Source: Phycisphaerae bacterium (lineage in GTDB: Bacteria; Planctomycetota; Phycisphaerae; UBA1845; Fen-1342). Taken from it: DNA of 64,000 nucleotides. Within the stretch, counting starts at the first letter, position 1. Each line of letters begins with the position of its first letter. This document shows positions 17,995 to 27,907 of this stretch, in pieces. A model generated the notes under the pieces. That model searched no databases. It saw nothing but the letters and a program-made list of their open reading frames with translations, and was not told the origin of the DNA. The stretch covers positions 192,001 through 256,000 of the forward strand of contig CAXXWX010000003.1 in assembly GCA_963675745.2 (NCBI GenBank), written 5' to 3'. The position numbers and the translations under genes are program-made.

Positions 17995-18900
17995 ATGCTG
18001 ACGCAGTGGGACAAGATCAGGGCCGCGGAGCGGATGCAGGCGTATATCGAGTCGCACCTTGGCGACCGGATCACCATGGCCGCGCTGGCCCGCGCGGCGC
18101 GCTACTCACGCTGGCATGCCGCGCGGCTGTTCAAGGACATCACGGGCAAGACGCCGTTCGAGTACATCCGGTTGCGTCGCCTGTCAGCGGCCGCCGCTAA
18201 GCTCCAGACGACGCCGTGCAAGGTGATAGACGTCGCCCTTGATTTTGTCTTTGACTCGCACGAGGGCTTCACACGTGCCTTCGCCCGCCAGTTCGGCATG
18301 CCGCCGGCCCACTTCCGCAAGACCGGAGCGACCGTCGAGCTGTTCCTGCCTCCGCAGCTTCGAGACTGGTACACACGGAGGCAACGAGGAGGATTCGCCA
18401 TGACCGAAACCCGGAAACCCGAGACCGTTTTTGTGCAGGTCCTCGATTGGCCCGCCCGCAAAATGATCGTCAAGCGCGCCACGAAGGCGACGCACTACTT
18501 TGAGTATTGCGAAGAGCTGGGCTGCGACGTCTACGACCAACTTGCGGCCATCCCGGATACGCTCCAGGAGCCGATGGGCATGTGGCTACCCGAGGGTCTC
18601 CGGTCACCCGGGACGTCGCAGTATGTCCAGGGCGTCGAGGTCGCCGCCGACTATGACGGCGACGTGCCCGACGGCTTCAACGTCACCACGCTGCCCCCCT
18701 GCAAGATGATGATCTTTCAGGGCCCGCCGTACGACGACAAGGACTTCGAGAGTGCCATCGCGTCACTCTGGGACGTGATGAACACCTACCAGCCGGAAAC
18801 CTACGGCTTCAAATGGGCTGATGATGACGGACCCCGTTTCCAACTTCGGCCGGAAGGCTACCGCGGCTACATCGAGGGCCGCCCCGTCCGGCCGGTATAG
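17995..18900 (+). CDS. AraC family transcriptional regulator with C-terminal GyrI-like effector domain
   Basis: GGAG RBS before ATG 17995; MQAYIESHL, FDSHEGFTRAFARQFG HTH motifs; YVQGVEV domain. Confidence 0.9.
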   Translation: MLTQWDKIRAAERMQAYIESHLGDRITMAALARAARYSRWHAARLFKDITGKTPFEYIRLRRLSAAAAKLQTTPCKVIDVALDFVFDSHEGFTRAFARQFGMPPAHFRKTGATVELFLPPQLRDWYTRRQRGGFAMTETRKPETVFVQVLDWPARKMIVKRATKATHYFEYCEELGCDVYDQLAAIPDTLQEPMGMWLPEGLRSPGTSQYVQGVEVAADYDGDVPDGFNVTTLPPCKMMIFQGPPYDDKDFESAIASLWDVMNTYQPETYGFKWADDDGPRFQLRPEGYRGYIEGRPVRPV

Positions 18901-18909
18901 ACCGGCACG

Positions 18910-19087
18910 CCGCAATGCCCGCCCGGCCCGCGACATCGACAACTACATCATGCCGCTGATCAATGCGATCACCGAGACGGAGTGCGTCTGGCACGATGAT
19001 GAGCAGGTTGATCCCCTCCTGATCGGGCGACAGCACGACAGCAATGCAGACGCGACCGCGATTGAGTTGGAGATCGATGTGATATGA
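18910..19087 (+). pseudogene. RusA-like Holliday junction resolvase C-terminal fragment
   Basis: RDIDNYIMPLINAIT...VWHDDEQVD matches the RusA DxDNxxKxxxD...DDxQV motif with K>M and D>N; no N-terminus. Confidence 0.55.
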
Positions 19088-19177
19088 CGGAAACACGCCA
19101 TCGCCGAGCCCCCCCGGCGGCTGTTTGGCTTTACGGGATGCGGTCCGCGCCACGCACAGCGTACGCTACAATGCCGG

Positions 19178-20896
19178 GTGACCCGGAGTAACTTCTTGCG
19201 ATACGGAGCAATCCTCCCGAGGCGACTCATGCGTTCGTTCAGTTCTTGTCCAGTGAAGCAGAACCTCGCGGTCGGTTTGCTATGCGCCCTTGGCAACCTG
19301 CAGGCCGAGGCGACGGGGCCTGCTTACGAGACCGATTACCAGCTCGCGCAATATCCACTGATCGTCGTCGCGAAGTGGAACAAGGCAGAGCTGACGCCGC
19401 ACGAGCTCGTTCGAGGAAACGTCCTTGAGAAGTTCGAAGTCTTCACCGACCTTGAAGTGGAACGCGTGATCAAGGGCGATCTGAAGCCCGGCCGGCACAG
19501 GATCATGCAGGGCTGGGGGATAGGCTGGCTGGAGGATGGAACCGGGCTGGCAACCTGGACGTCCACACATATTCTGGGGGACGTGGACGACGTCACCAAG
19601 CCCAATCTGTGGTTTCTCGACCGACAGCGGAGCTGGGACGCCAGCGACCGCACAGAATACCTGCACGTTCCACACTACCGCGCGATTCAGCCGCTCGTGC
19701 TTGAGCCCTACTTTCGCGCGGTTGCGAGTGAGGATGGTGATCAGAAAGTGCCACCCCTTCTCTCCTCGCGCGAGCAGTTGATCGTGCGCCGCGCCCTCGG
19801 TTACATCTGCGGTTACATCCTGCCGTGGCCGTATGAGCCACCAGCGTGGGACCTCTGCGAGCACCCCAAGAAGCGTGAGCGGCTACTTGTCGATGCCGCT
19901 CCTAATGTGGAGGGCGTGATTGCCGGTGGCCTCGAGGAGGTGCGTCCGCTGGCAGTCGCCGTGTACGCAGAACTGACGCAGAGCGATGGCCGCACACGAC
20001 TGCGCAGACTGCTGACCGACCAGAATCCGACCGTGCGCGGCGTTGCGCTCGGATTGCTCGCCCGGGAAAAGGACGCTTCACAGCTCGACGCGATGATCAA
20101 CGCGGCCGCAGGAGTGCGCGATGCGGAAATCGCATGCAAGATCGCGGATGTCCTTCAGGCCTGGGCGGAACCTCGAACCGCGCCGATTCTGATCGACTTT
20201 CTCGATAATGACGAATTCGCGTACCGCCACGGCGACGACGTCGGGATTCCGGCAATCAAGGCCCGCACGACCTTGCACAAACTGACGGGCTGTTGGTTTC
20301 CGTACGATTCTGCCGCAGCCTCGGAAGCGTGGTCCACAACTGAGCGTATCGGCGAACCCGAGCAGCGCCAACGGCACTTGGCGGAGTTGTTGCCTGATCC
20401 AGAACTCCCCGTGCTTGCGGAGCTGGTTGGCAAGCCGCGCACGCCCCCAATCGCTACGACACAAAGCAGTCTACCCGCACTGGCGCGCGCTATATCCGCC
20501 GGTATCACTGCGGGTCTGTTTGGGCACGAAGAAGGAGACGTCCTGGCCACGGTGCGGGTCCGTAATGTCGCCGGTCATCCGGTAACCATCGCCAGGATTC
20601 CCTCCAGCATCGAGCAGGATTGGCCGGCCGGTAGCTCCTCGCGACGGCTGCGGCCGCGCTGCGGCGAAATAACGCAGGCCGATTGTCTCACCCTCGATCC
20701 GAACGAAGGACTGGATCTGGAGATTATGCTCGACGGCAGCTTCCTGCTTGCAAAACCAGAGACCCGCAAGCTCACGCTCATGTACACCGAATTCGGACCA
20801 GCCCGGGGGCCGGGCAGATGGATTGGAGCACTGCCGGTTCGGTTCGGTGCACTGTGGAACGAGGAGCGGAAGCTCGGGCGCGTCGAGGAACGCTAG
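19178..20896 (+). CDS. Hypothetical exported protein with HEAT-like repeats, probably truncated by a premature stop (start uncertain)
   Basis: 572-aa ORF; LLTDQNPTVRGVALGLL HEAT-like segment; reads VEER*PNGNLHAAG across the TAG. Confidence 0.6.
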   Translation: MTRSNFLRYGAILPRRLMRSFSSCPVKQNLAVGLLCALGNLQAEATGPAYETDYQLAQYPLIVVAKWNKAELTPHELVRGNVLEKFEVFTDLEVERVIKGDLKPGRHRIMQGWGIGWLEDGTGLATWTSTHILGDVDDVTKPNLWFLDRQRSWDASDRTEYLHVPHYRAIQPLVLEPYFRAVASEDGDQKVPPLLSSREQLIVRRALGYICGYILPWPYEPPAWDLCEHPKKRERLLVDAAPNVEGVIAGGLEEVRPLAVAVYAELTQSDGRTRLRRLLTDQNPTVRGVALGLLAREKDASQLDAMINAAAGVRDAEIACKIADVLQAWAEPRTAPILIDFLDNDEFAYRHGDDVGIPAIKARTTLHKLTGCWFPYDSAAASEAWSTTERIGEPEQRQRHLAELLPDPELPVLAELVGKPRTPPIATTQSSLPALARAISAGITAGLFGHEEGDVLATVRVRNVAGHPVTIARIPSSIEQDWPAGSSSRRLRPRCGEITQADCLTLDPNEGLDLEIMLDGSFLLAKPETRKLTLMYTEFGPARGPGRWIGALPVRFGALWNEERKLGRVEER

Positions 20897-21108
20897 CCGA
20901 ATGGCAATCTCCACGCGGCCGGCAAGAAGATGTTCTCGCCACGTACGGACGAGCACGGACGACGGTGCTACCTCGCCGTGCGTTGGTCTACAAACGCCAG
21001 CACCTCCGCAGTTGCGTCGATTTCCACCCGCTGGAACGACCCGTTGCCGCGTGGGAGTCGCATCCACTGATGATCCATGCCCATGCACGGCGTACCGCGA
21101 ACCGCGGG

Positions 21109-23214
21109 CTAGCCACCCGCCAGCAGCGCGACAAACGGATCGACGTCGCCATTGTTGATCGTGCCGTCGTCGTTGATGTCAGCCGCCGCGGCGTCGCAGT
21201 CCGGGTACGCCAGAGCATATGCATCGGGATCGGTCAACGCCAAGACGAACGGGTCGATGTCGCCGTTGTTCACCGCGCCGTCGCAATTGAGGTCGCCCAA
21301 CTCCTGCGGGTCGCTCGTGATTGCCTCTCCACCGCCGAGCAGACACACGTCATCGATTTCGATGTCCGAGATCGGGCCATCAACGCCGAGCAACTCGAAG
21401 AGCATGCTGACCTGCGAGAGATCGACCGCGTCAGAGATGTCGGTCATGGGAATCTCGACCACGTGCCACTGTCCGTTACGAACGAAGCCGTACGGGTCGT
21501 TCCCGTTTTCGAACTTGATCCACTTCTGGCCAATATCGTCGACATTGCCGCTGCGCATACCAAGGAAGAACGGGGCCGTCGAACTGGTCTTCATCGCCAG
21601 GTGCAGCGTGCTTTCCGGGTAGCGAAAGGCCGTGAGGTTGTACTTGATCGTGGGTGTGAACGCCGCGCCAAACCAGGTCAGGCCCGGCGTCGAGTAGTAC
21701 GACAGACTGGCGGAACCCTCGAAGGGGGCTTGAACACCCGGCTGTAATGTGTTCTCCCAGATGTAAAACTCCCCGTCCACGCCGAGCGCGTATTCGCCGG
21801 CGGTCTTGTGGCTCGGATCTTCGGTGAAGATGCCGAAACTCCCATTCTCCGGCGTCGCGCGCGCCACGCTTGGCGACCAATACACATTGTCGATCCCAAA
21901 CTCGAAGGTGGCCGGCGGAGCATCGCCCGCGATCATGAACAGTTGATGGACGGTATTGAAATCGACGTTGAGGAACGCGTTCAGCGGGATGACCACTTCG
22001 TGCCAGTTACCGTCGCGCACCAGGCCGAACGACTGTTCGCCATCGATGAACTGTACCCAACTCTCACCCGCGGCCGAACTCTTGATGCCGATCTTGAATG
22101 GCGCCGTCGAGCTTGTCTTCATGTGCAAGTGCAGGTGACCGTCGGAGTAATTCTGCATGTTACGATCGATGTGTGAAAACACGCCCATGCCGAACCAAGC
22201 GCCGGCCGCGGCGGTCATGTTCCACGCCTCACTACCCTCATACGCATCAACCGGCCCCGCGGTCAGGTTGTTCCATAAATACAGCGACGCATCAACATCG
22301 TACGTGACACTATTGTTGACCGTAGTAGTTTCTGTGAATACACCGAAGTTCTCTATCTCGGCGACATCTTCCCCGAAATACAGCTCCGTATCACCGTTGT
22401 CGTACAGACGTATGTAGTCAACGTACATTCGGCCCGGGAACGGGGCCGTGATCAACGCCGGATCAGTAATCTCGACGAAGTTCCAGCCACCAACCGATAC
22501 ATTGGCGATGATGTACATGGGCGCGTGGAATTCCTCGAGCGAGTGGGTCTCAATATCGCTGATGTCAATCTCCCAGAATTGGGTACCATCGACTGACGTG
22601 CGGATGTGCGTCGGTGTCCACTCCACGGCGAAGATGTGGTAGTCGTCATAGAGATCCACGGGCCAATCGATCGAGCCGCCGAAGTCAGCCTGGCTGCCCT
22701 CAAAATCCCAAAACACGTGCGCCCCCACACGGCGGTTGACCACACCCGCAAGGAACGCGGCCCGACTGCCCACTTCCATAATGTCGAGCTCGCCGCAGCC
22801 CGGCCACGGAATCTGACCGACGTTGTTGCCCAAGAGCCAGAAAGCGGGCCACATGCCATTGTCCACGTCGGGCAGCTTTATTCGCGCCTCGAGCGTGCCG
22901 TATTTGAACGCCATGCGCCCATGCGTCACCAGGCGTGAGGAGGTGAACTCCTTGCCACCCAGGAAGTTTTCGCGACGCGCTTCGATCACCAGATTGCCGC
23001 TTTCGATATACGCGTTTTCGGGGCGGGCGGTGTGATATTGCAGTTCACCGTTGCCGAAGCCGCTACCACCAACGTTGTACGTCCAGGTTGAATGGTCGAT
23101 GTTGGGATCGGTGAACTCGTCAGACCACACCAGCGTCTGGGCGCCGGCCAACGGCGAACTCACCAACAGTGCGGCGATCCCCAAGCCACACCACGCTACC
23201 TGTTGAACCTTCAT
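21109..23214 (-). CDS. Secreted GH16 beta-1,3-glucanase with two repeated CBM-like modules and dockerin-like tail
   Basis: WSDEF, GNGELQY, WPAFW, GELDIME (ExDxxE); repeats FGVFTE...VRDGNWHEVVIP and FGIFTE...VRNGQWHVVEIP; GDLNCDG tail. Confidence 0.9.
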   Translation of the reverse strand: MKVQQVAWCGLGIAALLVSSPLAGAQTLVWSDEFTDPNIDHSTWTYNVGGSGFGNGELQYHTARPENAYIESGNLVIEARRENFLGGKEFTSSRLVTHGRMAFKYGTLEARIKLPDVDNGMWPAFWLLGNNVGQIPWPGCGELDIMEVGSRAAFLAGVVNRRVGAHVFWDFEGSQADFGGSIDWPVDLYDDYHIFAVEWTPTHIRTSVDGTQFWEIDISDIETHSLEEFHAPMYIIANVSVGGWNFVEITDPALITAPFPGRMYVDYIRLYDNGDTELYFGEDVAEIENFGVFTETTTVNNSVTYDVDASLYLWNNLTAGPVDAYEGSEAWNMTAAAGAWFGMGVFSHIDRNMQNYSDGHLHLHMKTSSTAPFKIGIKSSAAGESWVQFIDGEQSFGLVRDGNWHEVVIPLNAFLNVDFNTVHQLFMIAGDAPPATFEFGIDNVYWSPSVARATPENGSFGIFTEDPSHKTAGEYALGVDGEFYIWENTLQPGVQAPFEGSASLSYYSTPGLTWFGAAFTPTIKYNLTAFRYPESTLHLAMKTSSTAPFFLGMRSGNVDDIGQKWIKFENGNDPYGFVRNGQWHVVEIPMTDISDAVDLSQVSMLFELLGVDGPISDIEIDDVCLLGGGEAITSDPQELGDLNCDGAVNNGDIDPFVLALTDPDAYALAYPDCDAAAADINDDGTINNGDVDPFVALLAGG

Positions 23215-23339
23215 CTTTCGCCGTCCTTATGTCGCGTAGTAAGAGACACGTGTGTTGTCGTGGCTATACCACGACACCTATCACATCGTAGTCAAAGCCG
23301 GGATTGAACACAACGAAACCGTAGGCTAACGCCGCCGTC

Positions 23340-23408
23340 CGTAACTGTTACGTTTTGCATAAAAGAGCCACAAGCGTGACTGGTCCTCTTTGGAGTGAAA
23401 CAGTTACA
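23340..23408. promoter_or_regulatory. Two 13-bp palindromic operator candidates between divergent GH16 genes
   Basis: CGTAACTGTTACG (23340-23352) and TGAAACAGTTACA (23396-23408). Confidence 0.7.
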
Positions 23409-23701
23409 TTCCAGCACTGACGCCGGACCATGCCACGTCCCCACTGTCCAGTCCTTGCTCGGAACCGTCCCCTATCGCGGCCTGCCCTGGATCGGCGTAA
23501 CGACCATGGGCGACCTGATTCACCAGACGTCGCGCGGTCGGCGAAGAGGCGTGTGGCTGCGCCAGATCACATGTTGCCCGGTGAATGCGGGCGCTCGGCT
23601 TCCTCACCCGCCGGATCGCCAATGCCCAGCACAGCGGCATCGTGCTACAGCTATCGGGGTTTGGGCTATGCCCCGCAGTTCTGTAAAATGAAGCACGGCT
23701 G

Positions 23702-25177
23702 TTGATGAAGCGCCTGAGGAGCGATCTGATGCGGCGGTACATTCTGCACAGCACGGCGGCAATCCTGGTCAGTATCGCCACGACTACGGGGGCGAGGGCC
23801 CAGTGCCAACTCGCCAACCCGAGCTTCGAACTGCTCGGACAAGACGGCACCAACTTCGCCGGCTGGGAGCAGTACGGCAACGTCGAAATATCAACAGCTC
23901 TCGCTCCCCATGGCCAGTACTCCGCCAGGCTGTCCGGCAACTTCACCGGCGCCTGGAATCTCTCAGCATACTGGCAACCACTCGACTCAGATCCGGGGGA
24001 GCGCTGGCGCGTCGCCGTGCGCGTCGGCCACAACTCGTCCAACCCGCTGACAGGCGATACGCGGGCCATCCTCAATGTCGAGTGGCGTGACCAGAATGAT
24101 GACCTGATCGACTACGAATCCCATGTCATCGCCGACGCATCGACACCACCCGACACGATGCTTCGCATTGAGCTGGAGACCGCCGCCGCACCCGCCGGCA
24201 CCGTGTCCACGCGCCTGCTGCTGGGCGTGCTTCAGGGGCCGACAAGTGACCCAGGCGCGGCGTATTACGACCTCGCCGAGTTCAACAGCCTGACCACGCC
24301 CACAATCGATGACATTCAATGGAACGACTTCCCGGGTGGACGCATGCTGACGTTTGCTGACCACGTGTGGCGTGTCAAAGGGCCCGGCTACTACGGCCCC
24401 GGCCCCAGCCTGTTCGCCGACTCCGCCAGCCACATCTGGGTCGACGCGCAGGAGCGCCTGCACATGACCATCAAGCGCGTCAGCGACTCGTGGTACAGCA
24501 CCGAGATTGCGACGGCGGAACCGCTTGGATATGGCGACTATATCTTCACCACGGTTGGCCGCCCGGACACGTGGGACGATAACGTCGTGCTCGGGCTGTT
24601 CACGTTTCAGTATCCCGTGTGCTGGGACCCGGCCAACCCGTGGAATCTGCACAACGAGTTTGATATCGAACTCAGCCGCTGGAACTCGCCCGGCAACTCG
24701 ATGGGCCAGTTCGTCGCCCAGCCGTGGGACTACCCCGGCAACATGAGCCGCTACAACATGGATTTCAGCGGCGGCGGGCTGACCAGTCATGCCTTCCGCT
24801 GGCTGCCAGACCGCATCGAGTGCCGAGCCTGGTACGGCGGCCCGACCGACGAGTCAGCGGAGTCGTTGGTTCACAACTGGGCGTACTACGGCCCGCACAT
24901 TCCGCGCCCCGAGCAGCCGCGCGTACACATCAACTTCTGGCAGCTCAACGGCCCACCGGCAAGCGGCGCCGACCACGAGGCGATTATCGACACGTTCACT
25001 TTCATACCATCCTGCGACGACAGCAACAGCGAAGTCCCCTGCTTCGCGTTCTGCCTGAGTGGCCCCGACACAGCAATCCCCACCTCCTGCGCGGCGTTCG
25101 ATCTTGCCGGCGACAACGACACAGACCTCCACGACGCCGCCCTGTTTCAGCGATTCTTCGCGCCGACAAATCCGTAA
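23702..25177 (+). CDS. Secreted CBM-like plus divergent GH16 domain protein with dockerin-like tail
   Basis: Signal peptide; LANPSFE CBM-like module; LGYGDY, NEFDIELSRW (ExDxE); DLAGDNDTDLHDAALFQ. Confidence 0.75.
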   Translation: MMKRLRSDLMRRYILHSTAAILVSIATTTGARAQCQLANPSFELLGQDGTNFAGWEQYGNVEISTALAPHGQYSARLSGNFTGAWNLSAYWQPLDSDPGERWRVAVRVGHNSSNPLTGDTRAILNVEWRDQNDDLIDYESHVIADASTPPDTMLRIELETAAAPAGTVSTRLLLGVLQGPTSDPGAAYYDLAEFNSLTTPTIDDIQWNDFPGGRMLTFADHVWRVKGPGYYGPGPSLFADSASHIWVDAQERLHMTIKRVSDSWYSTEIATAEPLGYGDYIFTTVGRPDTWDDNVVLGLFTFQYPVCWDPANPWNLHNEFDIELSRWNSPGNSMGQFVAQPWDYPGNMSRYNMDFSGGGLTSHAFRWLPDRIECRAWYGGPTDESAESLVHNWAYYGPHIPRPEQPRVHINFWQLNGPPASGADHEAIIDTFTFIPSCDDSNSEVPCFAFCLSGPDTAIPTSCAAFDLAGDNDTDLHDAALFQRFFAPTNP

Positions 25178-25272
25178 CCCGCGCCCATCCCATCTCATGC
25201 GGCATATTATAGGACGTGTGGGCAATATCCGCCCGACGAGCAGAATCTTCCGCAAAAAGTGCTGGAACGAGT

Positions 25273-25330
25273 TTGACGTGTGCCCGATACAATGTTACAT
25301 TGTTTCGTAATAGTTACGGTAACAGTATAT
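25273..25330 (+). promoter_or_regulatory. Promoter of lacI-1 with tandem operators
   Basis: TTGACG (25273-78), 17 nt, extended -10 TGtTACATT (25293-301); CGTAATAGTTACG (25306-18) and GGTAACAGTATAT (25318-30). Confidence 0.7.
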
Positions 25331-25362
25331 GCACTTGTTACCGTCAGTGAGGAGTTCATTTC

Positions 25363-26478
25363 ATGGCGTCAGTTCGTGATATCGCCGAGCAGGCGGGCGT
25401 CTCAATCGCCACAGTATCTCGCGCGCTGAACAATGATGCCGGCGTGAGCAGTAGTACGCGAGAACGCGTGCTCTCGATCGCCAATGGCGTTGGTTATGCG
25501 GCAACCGTTGGCCGGCGCGCGGCCAGCCATATTGGATTCGCCTACACCGGTGAGCAGAACTTCACCCATGCCTTTGAGGCCGCCGTACTGGAGGGTGTCG
25601 CCAAGGCCCTCGGCAGCAGCGGCCACAGCATGGTGCTGATGAACCTCAAACGTTCCAGGATGCCGGGTGAAAACTTCACACAGATGTTCATGCGCAACGG
25701 GGTGCGCGGCGTGATCTTGCGCGTGACGGCCGAATCTCGCGATCTGTGTCATGAGATCGCCGCCGAGCGCTTTCCGCATGTAGTTCTTGCGGAGCGATTC
25801 GAATCGCCCGACGTCTGCTGCATTGACTGCGATTCAAAGCCGGACAGCTTGCGAGCGGTCGAACACCTGATCGCACTTGGACACCGACGGATCGCGTTTG
25901 CGGTTCATAACGTACCAGACCGCGACCATCAGGACCGTTTTGAGGGCTATCGCGAGGCGCTGGCGCTGCACGACCTGCCGTTCGAGGCCAACTGGGTGTA
26001 TCGGCAACCGGCGACGCTGTCCGGCGGCGCTACGGCGTTCAAGATGATCATGAGCGAGCCGAACCGCCCCACCGCGATCTACTTCGCCGACTGGCTGCCC
26101 GCGGTCGGCGCGATCAAAGCCGCCCATGAGTTGGGCGTACGTGTGCCCGACGGCATTTCGATTGTGGGGTTTGACGATGCGCACATGCGGCACACGGTGC
26201 ATCCGCCGTTGACAGCCGTATGTCAGAACGCCATCCAACTGGGCAGCGAGGCAGCGTTGCGGTTATCGCAGATGCTGGCCGGACGTCGTCGCGCGCCGTT
26301 CCAGATTACACTGCCGAGTTTCTTCGAGATCAACGAATCCAGCGGCCCGCCCCCGGCCAGGCCGGAGCGCGTGAACCCCAACGGTCACAGCGCCGCGTAC
26401 CGGCCGAGCGCGGGCGACGTCGCCAGGGACACCACAGATTCAGCGGCTTCCGATGGTGCCGCTCGCCGAGACCCGTGA
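25363..26478 (+). CDS. LacI family transcriptional regulator
   Basis: SVRDIAEQAGVSIATVSRALN HTH; LGHRRIAF, SIVGFDD, PPLTAV. Confidence 0.95.
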   Translation: MASVRDIAEQAGVSIATVSRALNNDAGVSSSTRERVLSIANGVGYAATVGRRAASHIGFAYTGEQNFTHAFEAAVLEGVAKALGSSGHSMVLMNLKRSRMPGENFTQMFMRNGVRGVILRVTAESRDLCHEIAAERFPHVVLAERFESPDVCCIDCDSKPDSLRAVEHLIALGHRRIAFAVHNVPDRDHQDRFEGYREALALHDLPFEANWVYRQPATLSGGATAFKMIMSEPNRPTAIYFADWLPAVGAIKAAHELGVRVPDGISIVGFDDAHMRHTVHPPLTAVCQNAIQLGSEAALRLSQMLAGRRRAPFQITLPSFFEINESSGPPPARPERVNPNGHSAAYRPSAGDVARDTTDSAASDGAARRDP

Positions 26479-26494
26479 CACCAGGAGCACAGCC

Positions 26495-27631
26495 ATGTCA
26501 TCAACCAGACGGATTCACGCCATGGCGCGACGGCGTTGCCGATTGCACCGACCGGCGTTCACCTTGATCGAGTTGCTAGTCGTTGTCGCAATCATCGCCT
26601 TGCTGATCTCGATTCTGCTGCCATCACTCGGCCGCGCCCGGGAGCAGGCGCGACTGGTGACCTGTCTTGCGCACATGCGCGGCACCGGGCAACTCGTCAT
26701 GCTGTTCGCCAATGACCACGACGGCCGCATGCAACTGACGTCCACGGAGTTTGCGGTCCAGAACGCCGACGCGTCGCGTTCGAAGTATGCCTACGGCGAC
26801 AGCGGCGAATTGCTGGCCTGGCCGGTGGCGCTGGCGCAGGCCAACGGCCTGCCCATTCGCAACAACTGGGACTGGGGCGTGCGCGCCGACAACTACTTCT
26901 ACGCAAAGGAACGCGAGAAATTCATCTCGAAACAATTCAAGCTCATGCAATGTCCATCGGACCGGGCGCGTATTGCAACGCCCTTCTTCTCACGCGGTGA
27001 CGGTCTGCGCGGGGCAGGTAATCCGGACGACGATCACTCACAGGACAACAGCCCCGGGCCACGCACCGCTTATTGGGGCCTGTTGAGCTTTGCGATCAAC
27101 GAGGACATCACCGGAGCTGAGTATTCGAGTCTGAATGCAACCTGGGGTTCCTGCTGGCGCGCGGTGTACAACGATGGTGAGTGGACTGAGTGCATCGGCG
27201 AAGAGCGCTATGGCCCCAGCAGCCCCTGCTTCGGCCGAAACGGCTTTCGCCTGCGCGGCGAGCTGGACAAGATCGAATCATCGGCAAACCTGATGCTGCT
27301 CGTCGATGCGGGTCCGGAAAACGACGCGATACCGACACAGGCGGAGGACGAGTGGACCCACGTGAACCTGATCCACAGCGGCGCGGGAGCCGAAGGTCCG
27401 TTTCTCGGCCACTCGCTGCAGGCCAATGCGTCAGCCACAGGGACGCGCGTACCCATGCGGCGGCACGTGGACGGCAATGTGAACGTGCTGTATGTCGACG
27501 GGCACGGCGCCACCGCCAAGATGGTCGAGACAAGTTCCGAGAACGCCTACAACGTCGAAGTACCGAAAAGATACGCCCCCCGCGTACGTGTGTCGCCATA
27601 TTCGATGGGCAACATCAATGTTGACGATTAA
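26495..27631 (+). CDS. Prepilin-type N-terminal cleavage/methylation protein, DUF1559/H-X9-DG family
   Basis: [61 protein letters not shown]. Confidence 0.9.
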   Translation: MSSTRRIHAMARRRCRLHRPAFTLIELLVVVAIIALLISILLPSLGRAREQARLVTCLAHMRGTGQLVMLFANDHDGRMQLTSTEFAVQNADASRSKYAYGDSGELLAWPVALAQANGLPIRNNWDWGVRADNYFYAKEREKFISKQFKLMQCPSDRARIATPFFSRGDGLRGAGNPDDDHSQDNSPGPRTAYWGLLSFAINEDITGAEYSSLNATWGSCWRAVYNDGEWTECIGEERYGPSSPCFGRNGFRLRGELDKIESSANLMLLVDAGPENDAIPTQAEDEWTHVNLIHSGAGAEGPFLGHSLQANASATGTRVPMRRHVDGNVNVLYVDGHGATAKMVETSSENAYNVEVPKRYAPRVRVSPYSMGNINVDD

Positions 27632-27907
27632 CCCTGGTGAGGGCGCGATGTTTGCTGGGATGGAGAGTTAAACCCTCGACGCAGGACACTGAATAACGTG
27701 ACCCCAATCTCGCCAGAGGTGTGATTCGGCGGCCTGATGGTGGGCACGCGGGTCGCGAAATCAGAAGGAGGAAGGGAGTCTCAGAGAGCTTTCGAGCACC
27801 GGAGATGGCGAGCCGCGCCTTTGGGTTCGCACAACGAGTGAAGCGCCGCCGGGTCGCGCCACAGCGCGGCGGACCTGCGGCCTGGAAAGGGATCAGGAGT
27901 GTCTGAC

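Noticed and set aside
27632..27907. 276-nt purine-rich leader with a 61-aa ORF before the giant protein
   Set aside because: No recognisable RNA motif or coding signature; cannot support either call
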